A stretch of DNA of 64,000 nt from Candidatus Poriferihabitaceae bacterium (lineage in GTDB: Bacteria; Pseudomonadota; Gammaproteobacteria; Arenicellales; Poriferihabitantaceae): NCBI GenBank assembly GCA_965213885.1, contig OZ243919.1, positions 511,733 to 575,732 of the forward strand, given 5' to 3'. The notes beneath the pieces are model-generated. The model was not told where the DNA came from. It saw nothing but the letters and a program-made list of their open reading frames with translations, and made no database searches. Every line of letters starts with the position of its first letter. The first letter of the stretch is position 1. The translations under genes were made by a program, and so were the position numbers. Shown here one piece after another: positions 47,611 to 58,316 of the stretch.

Positions 47611-48969
47611 TTGAAGCCCACCTACCACTCAGCCGCTGATTTCGGTTTCGATCGGCACCGGATCAGCCGCGCCGCGCTGGACGTTGTCCGGGGTCTGCAG
47701 GATGCTGGTTTCGACGGCTATCTCGTGGGGGGCTGTGTCCGTGACCTGCTGCTCGGCATGCAGCCGAAGGACTTCGATGTCACCACGGACGCTACTCCGG
47801 AGGAGGTCCGGGGGATCTTCCGCCGTGCCCGGATCATCGGCCGGCGGTTCCGTTTGGTGCACGTGCGTTTCGGGCGGGAAGTCGTCGAAGTGGCCACCTA
47901 CCGGGCGAACCCGGCCGCCGCCCGGGAATCGTGGCTGCCCTGGAAGAAGGGCAGGCGCAGCGATGCGCCGAAAACCACCGAGGAGGGCCGGCTCCTGGAC
48001 GACAACGTTTACGGCAGCATGGAGGACGATGCGCTCCGCCGGGATTTTACCGTCAATGCGCTTTACTATGATCCGCTGGAGGAACGGATCATGGACTTCC
48101 TGGGGGGCGTCGGGGACATCGGTGCGCGCCGCCTGTCCCTGATCGGGAAGCCAGCCGAGCGCTTTGCCGAGGATCCGGTGCGGATGCTCCGGGTGTTGCG
48201 GTTCAAGGCGAAGCTTGGTCTGGAACCGGATCGGGGACTGATGAAGTCGGTGGTCAATCAACGCCCACTGCTTGCCGGCGTGCCGTCGGCACGACTCTTC
48301 GACGAGGTGCTGAAACTGTTTCACCATTCCCACGGCGTGGCAAGCTGGCAGGAGTTGCGAACTGCCGGGTTTGCCGGGATCCTGTTTCCCCAGACGGTTT
48401 CGGTACTCGACGCGCCCGGGGGCGAACTCTGGGAGACCCTGATCCTGAAGGCGCTTGAAAACACCGACCGGCGGACCAGCCGGAACAAGCCGGTGATTCC
48501 CGCGTTTCTCTATGCGGTCCTCCTGTGGCGCCCCTTCCGGAGCGGGCTGGAGGGCATGACAGGGGGCAGGGTCAGCCACAACGAGCGGATCTGGCAGGCC
48601 GGTGACCGGGTATTCGCCGAACAGTGCCGCCAGGTTTCGGTTCCGCGGCGGGTCAGCAGCCAGGCTATCGAGATCTGGCAGATGCAGGATAACCTGGAAC
48701 TACGGCACCCCCGCAGCATCGAGCCGATGCTGGAGAACAGGCGTTTCCGCGCGGCCTATGATTTCCTGGTGCTGCGGGCCGCCATCGGTGAGGTCCCCGA
48801 GGAAGTCGTGACCTGGTGGACCCGGATCCAGGACCAAGGGTCCCGGGATCGGCAGAAGATGATCCAGCAGCTGCCCGCATCCGCCCCGGGTGCCGGAAGG
48901 AAGAGCCGCAGGCGGCGTCCCCGCAGGAGGCCAGCGACAAGGCAAGCGTCCGGTCAGGGGGCCGGCTGA
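47611..48969 (+). CDS. pcnB: Poly(A) polymerase I
   Basis: LVGGCVRDLL, PKDFDV, signature IIGRRFRLVHV, RRDFTVNAL, RFRAAYDFL, Arg-rich tail. Confidence 0.95.
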   Translation: MKPTYHSAADFGFDRHRISRAALDVVRGLQDAGFDGYLVGGCVRDLLLGMQPKDFDVTTDATPEEVRGIFRRARIIGRRFRLVHVRFGREVVEVATYRANPAAARESWLPWKKGRRSDAPKTTEEGRLLDDNVYGSMEDDALRRDFTVNALYYDPLEERIMDFLGGVGDIGARRLSLIGKPAERFAEDPVRMLRVLRFKAKLGLEPDRGLMKSVVNQRPLLAGVPSARLFDEVLKLFHHSHGVASWQELRTAGFAGILFPQTVSVLDAPGGELWETLILKALENTDRRTSRNKPVIPAFLYAVLLWRPFRSGLEGMTGGRVSHNERIWQAGDRVFAEQCRQVSVPRRVSSQAIEIWQMQDNLELRHPRSIEPMLENRRFRAAYDFLVLRAAIGEVPEEVVTWWTRIQDQGSRDRQKMIQQLPASAPGAGRKSRRRRPRRRPATRQASGQGAG

Positions 48970-49598
48970 TGGCACAGTTCTTCCAGGTTCACCCCTCTAA
49001 CCCCCAGGGGCGCCTGATCCGCCAGTCCGTCACGATCCTGCGCCAGGGGGGCATCATCGCCTATCCCACCGATTCAAGCTATGCGCTCGGATGCGCCATC
49101 GGCAACAAGGCCGCTATGGGCAGGATCCGTCACATTCGCCGAGTGGAGGACGATCACAATTTTACCCTGGTCTGCCGCGATCTTTCCGAGGTGTCGCTGT
49201 ACGCAAGGGTCGACAACGAGATCTACCGGCTGCTCAAGCGCTTTACTCCCGGGCCCTATACCTTTATCCTCCCGGCCACCCGGGAAGTGCCCCGTCGCCT
49301 GCAGCATCCCAGGCGTCGTACAATCGGCCTCAGGATCCCGGATTTCCCAATCGTGACGGAGCTTTTGGCGAAACTCGATGAACCGCTGATGAGTTCCACC
49401 CTGATCCTTCCGGGCGCGGCGCTGCCGATGAACGACGCGCAGGAGATCAGGGAGACGCTCGAACACGCCATCGACACGATCATCGATGGCGGGCCCTGTG
49501 ACCTCGAACCCACCACTGTGGTTGACCTGACCAGCGGCTTGCCGGAGGTGCTTCGCCGCGGCAAGGGCGACCCCGCCCCGTTCGAAGGCCGGGCATGA
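48969..49598 (+). CDS. yciO: YciO/Sua5-YrdC family protein
   Basis: MAQFFQVHPSNPQ, YPTDSSYALGC, HNFTLVCRDLSE, PGPYTFIL. Confidence 0.92.
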   Translation: MAQFFQVHPSNPQGRLIRQSVTILRQGGIIAYPTDSSYALGCAIGNKAAMGRIRHIRRVEDDHNFTLVCRDLSEVSLYARVDNEIYRLLKRFTPGPYTFILPATREVPRRLQHPRRRTIGLRIPDFPIVTELLAKLDEPLMSSTLILPGAALPMNDAQEIRETLEHAIDTIIDGGPCDLEPTTVVDLTSGLPEVLRRGKGDPAPFEGRA

Positions 49599-49662
49599 CC
49601 GCAGGCGCCGTCCAGAACCGCTGCCGCATCCGAACCCGCAACCCGTACCGTCTGCCGACGAC

Positions 49663-50889
49663 ATGAGCGAAGATTCACAGGACTCCCGGAGCAACCGGCG
49701 CGTGCTCTCCGGCATGCGTCCCACCGGAAAGCTGCACCTCGGTCACTACCATGGTGTCCTGCGCAACTGGGTGCGGATGCAGGAAGACTACAGCTGTTTC
49801 TATTTCGTCGCCGACTGGCACGCCCTGACCACCCATTACGATGACCCCGAGACCATGGACCGCCATGTCTGGGACATGGTGATCGACTGGCTGGCCGCGG
49901 GAGTGGACCCGGGAAAGGCCACGCTGTTCATCCAGTCCCACGTGCCCGAACATGCGGAACTGCACCTCCTGCTTTCCATGGTGACGCCCCTCGGATGGCT
50001 GGAGCGTGTGCCCAGCTTCAAGGACCAGCAGGAACGACTGCGGGAGAAGGACCTTGCCACCTATGGGTTCCTCGGCTATCCGCTGCTGCAGTCCGCCGAT
50101 ATCCTGATGTACCGCGCCGCCCATGTGCCGGTGGGGGAGGACCAGGTGCCCCACGTGGAACTGACCCGGGAAATCGCCCGCCGCTTTAACCATTTCTTCG
50201 GCCGCAGTCCCGCATTCGAGGAGCAGATGGCTGCGGCGATCCGGCAGATGGGCAAGAAGACCGCGAAGACCTACCGGAGCCTGCGCCAGGCCTTTACCGA
50301 GCAGGGCGACCGGGAGGCCCTGGAGCAGGCAAGGGCCCTGGTGGAGGACCAGCAGAACCTCGACCGGTCCCGGAAGGACGGCCTTCTGGGATACCTCGAG
50401 GGCCGGGGCATCACCCTGCTGCCGGAGCCGGCGGCGCTGCTGACCGAGTCGGCGAAGATGCCGGGCCTGGACGGGCAGAAGATGTCCAAGTCCTATGACA
50501 ACGCCATCTATCTGCGGGACGACCCGTCTCGGGTGGAGCAGGCCATCCGCGTGATGCCCACGGACCCGGCCCGGGTGCGGCTTACAGATCCGGGGGAGCC
50601 GGAGAAGTGCCCCGTCTGGGAATTCCACAAGGTCTACAGCAGCCAGGACACCAGGGACTGGGTAGAGGACGGCTGCCGCAAGGCAGCTTTCGGCTGCCTC
50701 GAGTGCAAGAAACCGCTGATCGGGAGTGTCCTCGAGGAGCAGTCGGCCGTACGTGAACGGGCGCTTCCCTACGAGAAAAATCCCGACCTCGTGCGGGAGG
50801 TGATTGCCGATGGTGACCGCCGGGCCCGGGCCGAGGCCTGCGAAACCATGAAAATTGTGCGAGAATCGGTGGGTACGGTCTACCGCTGA
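49663..50889 (+). CDS. trpS: Tryptophanyl-tRNA synthetase
   Basis: SGMRPTGKLHLGH, YPLLQSADIL, VPVGEDQ, KMSKS. Confidence 0.97.
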   Translation: MSEDSQDSRSNRRVLSGMRPTGKLHLGHYHGVLRNWVRMQEDYSCFYFVADWHALTTHYDDPETMDRHVWDMVIDWLAAGVDPGKATLFIQSHVPEHAELHLLLSMVTPLGWLERVPSFKDQQERLREKDLATYGFLGYPLLQSADILMYRAAHVPVGEDQVPHVELTREIARRFNHFFGRSPAFEEQMAAAIRQMGKKTAKTYRSLRQAFTEQGDREALEQARALVEDQQNLDRSRKDGLLGYLEGRGITLLPEPAALLTESAKMPGLDGQKMSKSYDNAIYLRDDPSRVEQAIRVMPTDPARVRLTDPGEPEKCPVWEFHKVYSSQDTRDWVEDGCRKAAFGCLECKKPLIGSVLEEQSAVRERALPYEKNPDLVREVIADGDRRARAEACETMKIVRESVGTVYR

Positions 50890-50920
50890 TGCCGTCGCCC
50901 GTTTATCGAGCCCAGAATAC

Positions 50921-51814
50921 ATGAATCATCCTGGACCCGGTTCCGACGAGACATCCGCCCCGGAACCGCTGGTGATCGAACCGGCGAACAACGCGGCGGC
51001 AGGAGAGACTCCCCCCCCGATCCTGGTCAACGGCAAGCTGCTCAAGGAACTGCCGGACGACCTTTTCATACCCCCTGAAGCGCTGGAGGTGTTCCTCGAG
51101 ACCTTCCAGGGGCCGCTCGATCTCCTTTTGTACCTGATCCGCAAGCAGAACCTGAATATCCTCGACATCCCGGTGTCGCTGATCACCCGCCAGTACATGG
51201 AGTACGTGGAGCTCATGCGGCATTTCCGGCTGGACCTGGCGGCGGAGTACCTGGTGATGGCGGCCACGCTGGCGGAAGTCAAGTCAAGGATGCTGCTGCC
51301 GAGAACCGACTTCGAGGAGGACGACGAAGGGGAGGACCCGCGGGTGGCCCTGATCAGGCGCCTGCAGGAATACGAACGGTTCAGCGGAGCCGCCAGGGAG
51401 ATCGAGGAACGGCCGCGCCTGGAACGGGACCTCTATCTCGTTTCGGCGGACTTCGAGGATCCGGCGTCGGTGAAGGTGGAGCCCCGGGCATCCCTGACGG
51501 ACCTGGTCGTGGCTTTCCGCAATGTCATCGAGCGCTCGGTGCACAACCGCCATTACGGCGTCGGGCACGAGAAACTCACCGTGCGGGAGAAGATGACCCT
51601 GATCCTGGACAGGCTCCAGCGCGATCGCTTCCTCCGGTTCGAGGATCTGTTCGATCCGGACGAGGGTCGCCTCGGCATGGTGATCTGCTTCATGGCGATC
51701 CTGGAAATGTGCCGGGACAACGTCCTGGTGCTGGTGCAGAACGAACCATTCGCCCCCATCCATCTCAAGCGGGTGGAGTCCGGACCCGCGGCGGAGCCGG
51801 ACAGGGCGGCCTGA
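50921..51814 (+). CDS. scpA: Segregation and condensation protein A
   Basis: FQGPLDLLLYLIRK, AAEYLVMAATL...KSRMLLP, FMAILE. Confidence 0.95.
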   Translation: MNHPGPGSDETSAPEPLVIEPANNAAAGETPPPILVNGKLLKELPDDLFIPPEALEVFLETFQGPLDLLLYLIRKQNLNILDIPVSLITRQYMEYVELMRHFRLDLAAEYLVMAATLAEVKSRMLLPRTDFEEDDEGEDPRVALIRRLQEYERFSGAAREIEERPRLERDLYLVSADFEDPASVKVEPRASLTDLVVAFRNVIERSVHNRHYGVGHEKLTVREKMTLILDRLQRDRFLRFEDLFDPDEGRLGMVICFMAILEMCRDNVLVLVQNEPFAPIHLKRVESGPAAEPDRAA

Positions 51815-51817
51815 CCG

Positions 51818-52582
51818 ATGCCGGACGACCTGAAGAATATCGTCGAGGCGGTCCTGCTGGCGGCAGACGGCCCGGTGAGCGTGGCCCGGATCCAGGGGCT
51901 GTTCGATGAATCCGCGAGACCCGAGGCCGCCCGGGTCCACGCAGCTCTCGAGGCTCTCCGGGAGGAGTGCCGCAACCGCGGCGTGGAACTGAAGAAGATC
52001 GGCAGCGGGTACCGCTACCACACGCGGGAAAAGTATGCCGAGTACCTTCGGAGGCTGCACGCGGTGAGACCGCCCAGGATGTCCCGGGCGCTCCTGGAGA
52101 CGCTGGCCATCATCGCTTACCGGCAGCCGGCGAGCCGCGGCGACATCGAGGAGGTGCGCGGCGTGGCGGTCAGCGCGGACATCATCCAGCGCCTCGTCGA
52201 ACGGGGGTGGATCAAGCAGGTTGGGGTCCGTGACGTCCCCGGGCACCCGGCGCTGTTCGGCACCACCCAGGATTTTCTTTCCTATTTCAATCTCGGCTCC
52301 CTGAAGGAACTGCCCGATCTCGCGGAACAAAGGGACCTCATGACGATCGTGGGGGAAATGGAGGTGTCGCTGCCGCAGGAGGTGCTGGTGGCCCTGGAGG
52401 CGTCCGCGGATGCGGACGCCGGGGGGGTGCCGGAAGCGGAGCAGGGCGCTGACGGGGCCGGGCCGGAACGAAGCGGTGAGACGACCGCACCGGCGCAAGC
52501 GGAGACAAACATATCTCCGGCGGAAGCCGCTGACGGGGGACTGGAGGATGGCGCCGTCGTGTCCAGTGCCCCCGGCGGATGA
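51818..52582 (+). CDS. scpB: Segregation and condensation protein B
   Basis: VEAVLLAA, SRALLETLAIIAYRQP, IEEVRGV, FGTTQDFL. Confidence 0.95.
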   Translation: MPDDLKNIVEAVLLAADGPVSVARIQGLFDESARPEAARVHAALEALREECRNRGVELKKIGSGYRYHTREKYAEYLRRLHAVRPPRMSRALLETLAIIAYRQPASRGDIEEVRGVAVSADIIQRLVERGWIKQVGVRDVPGHPALFGTTQDFLSYFNLGSLKELPDLAEQRDLMTIVGEMEVSLPQEVLVALEASADADAGGVPEAEQGADGAGPERSGETTAPAQAETNISPAEAADGGLEDGAVVSSAPGG

Positions 52583-53499
52583 CGCCCCCGGGCAGGCGGA
52601 ACAACCGCGGCGGTACAGGGCGCGGTACCTCCTATCATTCATCCAGGGCTTCTTCCGGGGCGGTTGCCGGCCCGGTGATTGAACGTTCCGGCGGAATACG
52701 CCTGCAGAAATACCTGTCCGATCTGGGGCTCGGATCACGTAGGCAGGTGGAGTCATGGATCGAAGAAGGCCGGATCCGGGTGGATGGACGGGCGGCGGAA
52801 CTTGGCCAGAAGGTCAGCGACCGCTCGCGCATACTGCTGGACGGCAAGCCGGTTTCACGTCGCCCGCCCGCCGCCAGGGACATCAGGGTGATTGCCTACA
52901 ACAAGCCCGAGGGGGAGATCTGCAGCCGCGACGATCCGGCGGGGCGCCCCACGGTATTCCGCAACCTGCCGAGGCTCCGCAAGGCCCGCTGGGTGGCCGT
53001 GGGCAGACTGGATATCAATACCCGGGGACTGCTCCTGTTCACCACGGACGGCGACCTGGCGAATCGGCTGATGCATCCCGACACGGGCCTGGAGCGGGAG
53101 TACCTGTGCCGGGTGTTCGGGGACGTGGGCGACGCCGCGATAGACACCCTCAGAAGGGGGGTGGAGCTGGACGGCGAGCGGATCGGGTTTCACAGTATCG
53201 CGAGGCAGCGGGGGGAGGGCCGCAACACCTGGTTCCGTGTCGTGGTCACCGAGGGACGATACCGGGAGGTCCGGAGGCTGTGGGAGTCCGTCGGCTGCCG
53301 GGTCAGCCGCCTTGTCCGGGTACGTTACGGACCGGTCAGGCTGCCCCGCGGGGTGCCGACGGGGGGCTGGGCCGAGCTGGGTGCGGCCGAGGTCGGCGGG
53401 ATCGTCAGGACCGCACAGTCCGTACCGTCGTCACGGGGCGGGCCGGTCGACCGCGCCCCGGCCCGCGGATACCGGGGCCGGAAAAAACCGGGGGCCTGA
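52579..53499 (+). CDS. rluB: 23S rRNA pseudouridine synthase B
   Basis: S4 domain RLQKYL...GSRR, YNKPEGE, VGRLDINT; follows scpAB. Confidence 0.9.
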   Translation: MTPPGRRNNRGGTGRGTSYHSSRASSGAVAGPVIERSGGIRLQKYLSDLGLGSRRQVESWIEEGRIRVDGRAAELGQKVSDRSRILLDGKPVSRRPPAARDIRVIAYNKPEGEICSRDDPAGRPTVFRNLPRLRKARWVAVGRLDINTRGLLLFTTDGDLANRLMHPDTGLEREYLCRVFGDVGDAAIDTLRRGVELDGERIGFHSIARQRGEGRNTWFRVVVTEGRYREVRRLWESVGCRVSRLVRVRYGPVRLPRGVPTGGWAELGAAEVGGIVRTAQSVPSSRGGPVDRAPARGYRGRKKPGA

Positions 53500-53523
53500 C
53501 CGGTACGTGGACCGGGGAGAAGG

Positions 53524-53793
53524 CTACGGGGTGGTGAGGGCCCGCAGGCGGTTGTTCAGGCGGCGCTTCAGGCGTGCGGCCCGGTTGGGATGGTGCAGTC
53601 CCTTGGATGCGGCCCGGTCGATATGGGCCGAGGTTTCACGGTAGGTGGCCCTGGCCTGGTCGACATCGTTGGCGTTGATCAGCTTGAGCAGCTTCTTGAT
53701 CGACGTGCGCAGCGCCGAGCGCTGGCTCATGTTGTGGTTGCGCCGCCGGATGTTCTGGCGGGCGCGCTTTCGTGCTTGTGGTGAATTTGCCAA
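53524..53793 (-). CDS. rpsT: 30S ribosomal protein S20
   Basis: TTG start; (M)ANSPQARKRARQ...NMSQRSALRTSIKK...KGLHHPNRAAR. Confidence 0.95.
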   Translation of the reverse strand: MANSPQARKRARQNIRRRNHNMSQRSALRTSIKKLLKLINANDVDQARATYRETSAHIDRAASKGLHHPNRAARLKRRLNNRLRALTTP

Positions 53794-54133
53794 GATCGGG
53801 TTCCTGAAAAAAATGGTTCGCATGCCTTCCGGTGCCGCCGGTCCTGCGTCGGACCGGCAGGTACGCGGGGATTCCCGGACTGCCGTAACGGGACTATAAT
53901 GCGCCGCCCTGTATCCGCCGCGTCCGATCCCGTCCCGCCAGGTCCGATCCCGTCCCGCCGGGTCCTGGATGGTTCCGGGGCCCGAAAGACAGGGGGCTGC
54001 GGGGGACGCCGGAATATCGTCAATTTCGGGCCTGAAGTCAAGACTACTGACTGGGAGCTGACCGAGCTGAACCGAGTTGAACCGGACTGAACGGAGGGCG
54101 CTTCCGGTTCCCGAAAAACCAGAGATTACCTGT

Positions 54134-55699
54134 ATGTCCGGCAACCTCATCAAGTCCACCTCCGTAGTCGGGTCCATGACCCTGCTGTCGCGGATCAGTG
54201 GCCTGATACGGGACGTGGTGCTGGCCAATATCCTCGGTGACCGCGCGGCGGCGGACGTTTTCTTCGTCGCCTTCCGGATTCCCAACTTCTTTCGCCGGAT
54301 GACCGCGGAAGGTGCGTTTGCGGCGGCGTTCGTCCCGGTGTTCACGGATTTTCGCGAGAATCATGACAGGGACCAGGGAAAGCGGTTTCTGGAACTCACC
54401 CTGGGACGGTTCGCTCTCGTGCTGGCACTGTTCTCCCTGGCCGGAATCGCCGGCGCCCCGTGGCTGGTCAAGGCCATCGCCTGGGGATTTTCGGGGGATC
54501 CCGTAAAGTTCGCATTGACCGTCGAGGCCACGCGCGTCACGTTCCCCTACCTGTTCTTCATCTCCCTGGTGGCCATGGCGGGAGCCATGCTCAATTCCTG
54601 CGGCCGGTTCGCCGGCCCCGCCGCCACGCCCATCCTGCTCAATGTCTGTCTCATCCTGGCGGCATGGCAGCTGGTGGATGTGATGGACAGCGGTCCACTG
54701 GCCCTGGCGATAGGCGTGCTGGTCGCCGGGATTGTCCAGCTCCTGTTCCAGGCGCCTTTCCTGAAGAAAGAGGGACTGCTCGTGAAGCCGAGACTCCGGA
54801 GAAACTCCGGTGACCGGGTGGCGGCCGACGGTGCCGGACAGGTGTTCCGCCTCATGCTTCCGGCCATCTTCGGGGTCTCCGTGGCCCAGCTCAACGTGCT
54901 CATCAACACCCTGCTGGCATCGTTCCTCGTGACGGGCAGCATTTCCTGGCTCTACTATTCCGACCGCCTGATGGAGTTTCCCGTGGGCGTGTTCGGCATC
55001 GCGCTCGGCACGGTAATCCTGCCCGGCCTGTCGCGCCAGCATGCCGCCGATGCCCCGGAGCGGTTTTCCCGCACTCTGGACTGGGGCATGCGCTGGGTGT
55101 TCCTGGTCTGCGTGCCGGCCACCGTTGCCCTGATCGTGCTGGCGGTGCCACTGATCAGCACGATCTTCTATCACGGCGATTTCACCCGCAACGGGGTCGG
55201 CATGTCGGCGCTCAGCCTGGTGGCGTACAGCCTCGGCCTGGTGCCCATCGTCCTGGTCAAGGTGCTGGCCCCGGGATACTTTGCCCGCAAGGACACCAGG
55301 ACACCGGTCCGCATCGGGGTCATTGCCGTGGCGGTCAATATCGTCGCCAGCCTCGCCCTGTTCAGCACGATGCACCATGTCGGCCTGGCCGGGGCGACCT
55401 CGATTGCTGCCGTGGTGAACGCGGGCTTGCTATACTCCGGCCTGCGTCGTTCCGGGGTGCTTCATCTGGAGCCGGAATGGCCGTTTCTGCTGGTGCGGGT
55501 TGTCGGGGCCAGCGCCGTGATGGGTCTGTTGCTCTATATGGGGATGGGGAATTCCGGGTGGTGGCTCGACAGTCCGATACCGGAACGCATCTCCCGCCTG
55601 GCATGGCTGGTTCCGGCGGGATTCGTGACCTATTTCATTGCTCTTGTCGTGTCCGGCGTACCATTGAAGTCCCTGCTTTCGGGGAGGGAAACCGAATGA
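54134..55699 (+). CDS. murJ: Lipid II flippase
   Basis: TLLSRISGLIRD, AFRIPNFFRR, EGAF, LYYSDRLMEFP, DTRTPV; divergent from rpsT. Confidence 0.96.
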   Translation: MSGNLIKSTSVVGSMTLLSRISGLIRDVVLANILGDRAAADVFFVAFRIPNFFRRMTAEGAFAAAFVPVFTDFRENHDRDQGKRFLELTLGRFALVLALFSLAGIAGAPWLVKAIAWGFSGDPVKFALTVEATRVTFPYLFFISLVAMAGAMLNSCGRFAGPAATPILLNVCLILAAWQLVDVMDSGPLALAIGVLVAGIVQLLFQAPFLKKEGLLVKPRLRRNSGDRVAADGAGQVFRLMLPAIFGVSVAQLNVLINTLLASFLVTGSISWLYYSDRLMEFPVGVFGIALGTVILPGLSRQHAADAPERFSRTLDWGMRWVFLVCVPATVALIVLAVPLISTIFYHGDFTRNGVGMSALSLVAYSLGLVPIVLVKVLAPGYFARKDTRTPVRIGVIAVAVNIVASLALFSTMHHVGLAGATSIAAVVNAGLLYSGLRRSGVLHLEPEWPFLLVRVVGASAVMGLLLYMGMGNSGWWLDSPIPERISRLAWLVPAGFVTYFIALVVSGVPLKSLLSGRETE

Positions 55700-56622
55700 G
55701 ACTTGTCCGTAGCGCCGCCGCTGCCGGCCTTGCCGGTCGGGGCTGCGTGCTGACCATCGGCAATTTCGATGCGGTTCATCTCGGCCATCGCAGGATTCTG
55801 GCGAACCTGCGCTCGCACGGGGACCGTCTGGGGTTGCCGGCCGTGGTGATGACGTTCGACCCCCATCCCCAGGAATATTTCCGTGGCGAGCAGAGATATC
55901 CCCGGCTTACGAACCTGACGACCCGCTACTTTGCCCTCGCAGAATGTGGAATAGACATCATGCTGAGCCTTCGTTTTGATGACCGCCTTGCGTCCACGGA
56001 AGCCACGGCCTTCGTCAGGGAGATCCTGGTGGAGGCGCTGGCGGTCCGTTATCTCCTGGTTGGCGATGATTTTCGCTTCGGGCGTGGCCGCCAGGGTAAT
56101 TTCGACCTGTTGTCCGCCCTGGCGGACGAGGGGGGGTATGGCCTTGAGCGAACGGAAACGCTGAGCATGCACGGGGAGCGCATCAGCAGCACCAGAGTAC
56201 GGAAACTGCTGGAGTCCGGCGGCCTTGAAGCCGCCGCTGAACTGCTGGGGCGACCCTATGCCCTGGCCGGCCGGGTCATACGGGGGCAGCAACTCGGCAG
56301 GCAGTGGGGGTTCCCGACCCTGAATGTCCCGATCAACCACAAACCGGCATTGACCGGGGTTTTCGCGGTGCGCGTGCGTGGCCTTGGCAAAGGGTCGCTG
56401 CCCGGGGTGGCGAACCTGGGCACCCGACCCACCGTGGGGGGGCTGCGGACGCTGCTGGAGGTTCACCTGTTCGATTTTAAGGGCGAGGTATACGGCAGCC
56501 GGGTGTGCGTGGAGTTCGCGGAAAAGATTCGCCCTGAACGGAAATTCGACGGCTTCGAAGCCCTGAAGGCGCAGATCCTGAAGGACTGTATCCGGGCCCG
56601 GGAAATCATGGGGCTTGCATGA
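55696..56622 (+). CDS. ribF: Riboflavin kinase / FAD synthetase
   Basis: TIGNFDAVHLGH, TFDPHP, GDDFRFG, ISSTRVR, GFPTLN, NLGTRPT, LEVH. Confidence 0.96.
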   Translation: MRLVRSAAAAGLAGRGCVLTIGNFDAVHLGHRRILANLRSHGDRLGLPAVVMTFDPHPQEYFRGEQRYPRLTNLTTRYFALAECGIDIMLSLRFDDRLASTEATAFVREILVEALAVRYLLVGDDFRFGRGRQGNFDLLSALADEGGYGLERTETLSMHGERISSTRVRKLLESGGLEAAAELLGRPYALAGRVIRGQQLGRQWGFPTLNVPINHKPALTGVFAVRVRGLGKGSLPGVANLGTRPTVGGLRTLLEVHLFDFKGEVYGSRVCVEFAEKIRPERKFDGFEALKAQILKDCIRAREIMGLA

Positions 56623-57098
56623 GCGCCGCGGTCCGCTACGTGGCATTCCTCTTGCCGGCGCTCCTGGTGCTGGCAGGGGACCAGGTGACCAAGTCCCTGG
56701 CTTACGATCAGCTGCTGGACGGTTCGTCGGTGGACATCCTGCCGGTTTTCAGCCTGGAACTGGTCTTCAACAAGGGTGCCGCATTCGGCTTCCTCCATGA
56801 TGCCGGAGGATGGCAGCATTACCTGTTTGTCGGGCTGGCATCGGTGGTTTCACTGGTCCTGCTTGTCTGGATCTGGCGGGAACGGGACAGGAACCGATGG
56901 CTCGCCATCGGACTTTCGTTGGTGCTGGGCGGGGCCATCGGCAACCTGGCCGACCGCATCACGAATGGCTACGTGATCGATTTTATCCTGTTGCATTATG
57001 GGGGTTGGTTGTTTCCCGCGTTCAATGTGGCTGATGTAGCCATTACGATAGGCGCCATCATGATGGTGCTGGACAGTTTGCCGTTTTTCCGCAGATAA
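56619..57098 (+). CDS. lspA: Lipoprotein signal peptidase
   Basis: [32 protein letters not shown]. Confidence 0.96.
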   Translation: MSAAVRYVAFLLPALLVLAGDQVTKSLAYDQLLDGSSVDILPVFSLELVFNKGAAFGFLHDAGGWQHYLFVGLASVVSLVLLVWIWRERDRNRWLAIGLSLVLGGAIGNLADRITNGYVIDFILLHYGGWLFPAFNVADVAITIGAIMMVLDSLPFFRR

Positions 57099-57112
57099 GT
57101 CACACTCCGGCT

Positions 57113-58036
57113 ATGAAAGTCTTACTCGCCAATCCGCGCGGCTTCTGCGCCGGCGTGGACCGTGCCATCGAGATCGTCGAACGGGCATTGCAAAAGTACG
57201 GGGCCCCCATCTACGTACGTCACGAGGTGATCCACAACCGCTTCGTGGTGAACAGTCTGCGCCGCAAGGGTGCGGTGTTCGTTGAGGACCTCGAGGAGGT
57301 GCCGGAGGATTCCATCGTCATATTCAGTGCCCACGGTGTTTCCCGGAAGGTGAGGGAGGAAGCGAAGCACCGCGGGCTCAGTGTGCTCGACGCGACCTGC
57401 CCGCTCGTCACGAAGGTGCACGTTGAGGTGGCCCAGAATGTCAAGCAGGAGCACGAGGTCATTCTCATCGGGCATGCGGGCCACCCCGAGGTGGAGGGCA
57501 CCATGGGACAGGCCGAAGGGGAAATTCTCCTGGTGGAAACTGTCGAGGATGTCGAAAAGCTGGAAGTCCGTGATTCGACCCGGCTGGCCTACGTCACCCA
57601 GACCACGCTTTCCATGGATGACACGGCACGCATCATCGATGCCCTGCGCCGGCGTTTCCCGCGGATCAAGGGGCCACGCAAGGATGATATCTGCTACGCC
57701 ACCCAGAACCGTCAGGACGCCGTCAAGCAGATGGTGGATCAATGCGACGTGGTGTTCGTCGTGGGTTCTCAGAACAGTTCCAACTCGAACCGGCTGCGGG
57801 AAATCGCTGCCGTGCGGAACGTTCCGGCCTATCTCGTGGATGGACCGGAGGAAATCCGGGACGAATGGTTAACGGACGTGCAGTGCATCGGCGTCACCGC
57901 AGGCGCCTCGGCGCCCGAGTCACTGGTGCAGCGGGTGGTGGAAAAACTGAATCGGCACGACCTGTCGATACAGGAACTGCCAGGACCAAGCGAGGATATT
58001 TCGTTCTCGCTGCCGGTGCAGCTGAAAAGGGGCTGA
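57113..58036 (+). CDS. ispH: HMBPP reductase
   Basis: [44 protein letters not shown]. Confidence 0.97.
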   Translation: MKVLLANPRGFCAGVDRAIEIVERALQKYGAPIYVRHEVIHNRFVVNSLRRKGAVFVEDLEEVPEDSIVIFSAHGVSRKVREEAKHRGLSVLDATCPLVTKVHVEVAQNVKQEHEVILIGHAGHPEVEGTMGQAEGEILLVETVEDVEKLEVRDSTRLAYVTQTTLSMDDTARIIDALRRRFPRIKGPRKDDICYATQNRQDAVKQMVDQCDVVFVVGSQNSSNSNRLREIAAVRNVPAYLVDGPEEIRDEWLTDVQCIGVTAGASAPESLVQRVVEKLNRHDLSIQELPGPSEDISFSLPVQLKRG

Positions 58037-58316
58037 ACCCGTATCGGGAGGGACTGGAAATTGACACCCGGTCATGCCTGGGACAGGTGGCGATACACAC
58101 ACGACGGATCCATTGAGCAGTACCCCCAATGCGAATACAAAGGCGTATTGTCGATTGGCAGGATGTGATGACGGGTGATGGGGTACGAAAGCTGCATGAC
58201 CAGCAGGGAGCAATCAGTGGATTCCGTTCCCTGGAAGGGTACTTGTGTTCGGAGTGTGAACCGTTGTGACCGTAGCGTGCGAAAGGGCGGATTTGACTGT
58301 CTCCAGGCAACGAGGA

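Noticed and set aside
50200-50410. Insertion in TrpRS
   Set aside because: This is typical of the ~400-aa TrpRS form in many beta- and gammaproteobacteria.
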